A DNA stretch of 62,998 bases, filler included, from Octopus bimaculoides (lineage: Eukaryota): assembly GCF_001194135.2 (NCBI RefSeq). It is 9 parts of 8 records of this genome, joined end to end, with 100 filler letters (N's around TTAATTAATTAA, not from the genome) between each part and the next. Parts side by side here need not be neighbours in the genome. Positions count along the whole stretch, not along the records: positions 61,664 to 62,998 come from NW_026392449.1; 8 more parts are not named here. The stretch is one strand, 5' to 3'. Shown piece by piece: positions 61,564-62,998 of the stretch (position 1 is the stretch's first letter; each line of letters opens with the position of its first letter). A program made the position numbers and the translations under genes. The notes under the pieces were generated by a model. That model saw nothing but the letters and a program-made list of their open reading frames with translations, did no database searches and had not been told where the DNA came from.

Positions 61564-62998
61564 NNNNNNNNNNNNNNNNNNNNNNNNNNNNNNNNNNNNN
61601 NNNNNNNTTAATTAATTAANNNNNNNNNNNNNNNNNNNNNNNNNNNNNNNNNNNNNNNNNNNNTTATAATTTAAATACTATTTACATAGGGTCGACTTCT
61701 AATAAAATTAAGTCACGGGTGGCTCAACACGAATTCTTTTAAGAATAGAAATTTAATTAATTTTACTGGCCTTAGTAAATATATATGGGAGCTAAAATCT
61801 AAAAGTATTAAGTACAATTTAAATTAGGAGATAATTTGTAAGGCAAAATCTTATCGAATGGGTAGTAAGTTTTGTTTATCATGTACTAATGAATTTAAGG
61901 AGATATTAATTAATAACAAAAATTATTTAATTCTCTAGATGAACGTAAAATTAAATGCAGACATAAGCTAAATTCTTTATATAATAGGTTTAGATTAAGT
62001 GTTTATATAAATCTTATTTTACGTTACTAATTGTTGTAGTTACAATTCGTAGTTGTAAAATATGTATAATTAACATGAGATCAGTTAGAGGACAATGCAT
62101 AATTAGAATAAAATTAACTACGCTATTTATTAATAAATTAATAATTTAAAGAGAATATATTAATTTATAAAAAACTTAGCATTATTTACGTACTTTATAT
62201 ATTTTTTACGTACTTTAATTTTAAATTATTTAGACTTTAAAAATAACCAGACTTTAATATTTTCCAATAAATGGCATACTACAGGTAAGTTTTTATTATT
62301 CTGAAATACATTTTGTCATTCTGTTACCTTAAATACGTACTTCTCTCTACTTTTATTGACACCATATTTGTCACGTGATATATTTCTTATAAATGCTAAG
62401 TTCTACGCATTACGTTTAAAATTTTAGTTTACAGAAATTCGTCGATAAAATAAGTCATGCTTTTAATTTTAATTAATATTGTTAAATGTTCTCATTTATT
62501 TATGGTATTAACACGGATTTTACTATATTCATTTCTTTTCTTAATGGATGATTATTATTAGTTCATAGTAATTATTCGATAAGATAAATTATGCTTTTAA
62601 TTTTAAGTAATATTATTAAATGTTTTTCATTTATTTATTGTATTAACACGTATTTTTGTATACATATTTATTTCTATTTATAATTAATTATTATATGGTA
62701 AGATACGTACATTGATTTTATTTTTATTCTAGACCTGATAAGTGACTATATTTTTAAATAGAATTAAATTTGGATCGATTTATTTTTTAATTGAATTTAT
62801 CCGTTTTTTGAATTGATTTTATCCGTTTTGATATAGCCACAAAACGCGCGTAGTCAACTTATTGCTATGTATCTTTTATAGTTTATCAATTTACTACTAT
62901 TAACTTTTTATGCTTTATTGAATTCTTAGGTTAGTATTTTTATAGTGTATTTTTTTCTAGATGGTGTCATTGGGGTCTTTCATTGTCTGAATTGTATA

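Overview
Repeat-dense, gene-poor eukaryotic DNA, most likely from an octopus or related coleoid cephalopod. This assignment is an inference from SINE families I recognise and the extreme microsatellite load. The window is not one contig: eight artificial 100-nt spacers (44 N + TTAATTAATTAA + 44 N) join nine pieces. I found no intact host protein-coding gene. The content is tRNA-derived SINEs (three families), 5'-truncated R4/Dong-type retrotransposons sitting in (TAA)n or (ATAC)n microsatellites, RTE and CR1/Jockey-like LINE remnants, a Penelope-like fragment, a Merlin (IS1595-like) transposon with TIRs, mariner and hAT MITEs, a probable Helitron-like element and large nested foldback repeats. 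The most interesting signal is a set of hammerhead ribozyme (HHR) motifs that no ORF explains. One is a fully canonical extended type I HHR at 6847-6909 (-), inside a ~347-bp permuted repeat unit (retrozyme-like). Others are palindromic elements carrying outward-facing minimal HHRs (7299-7957, 55880-56160) and a well-folded HHR with a single G12A core change (12071-12139). All folds were worked out by eye; none was computed or tested.
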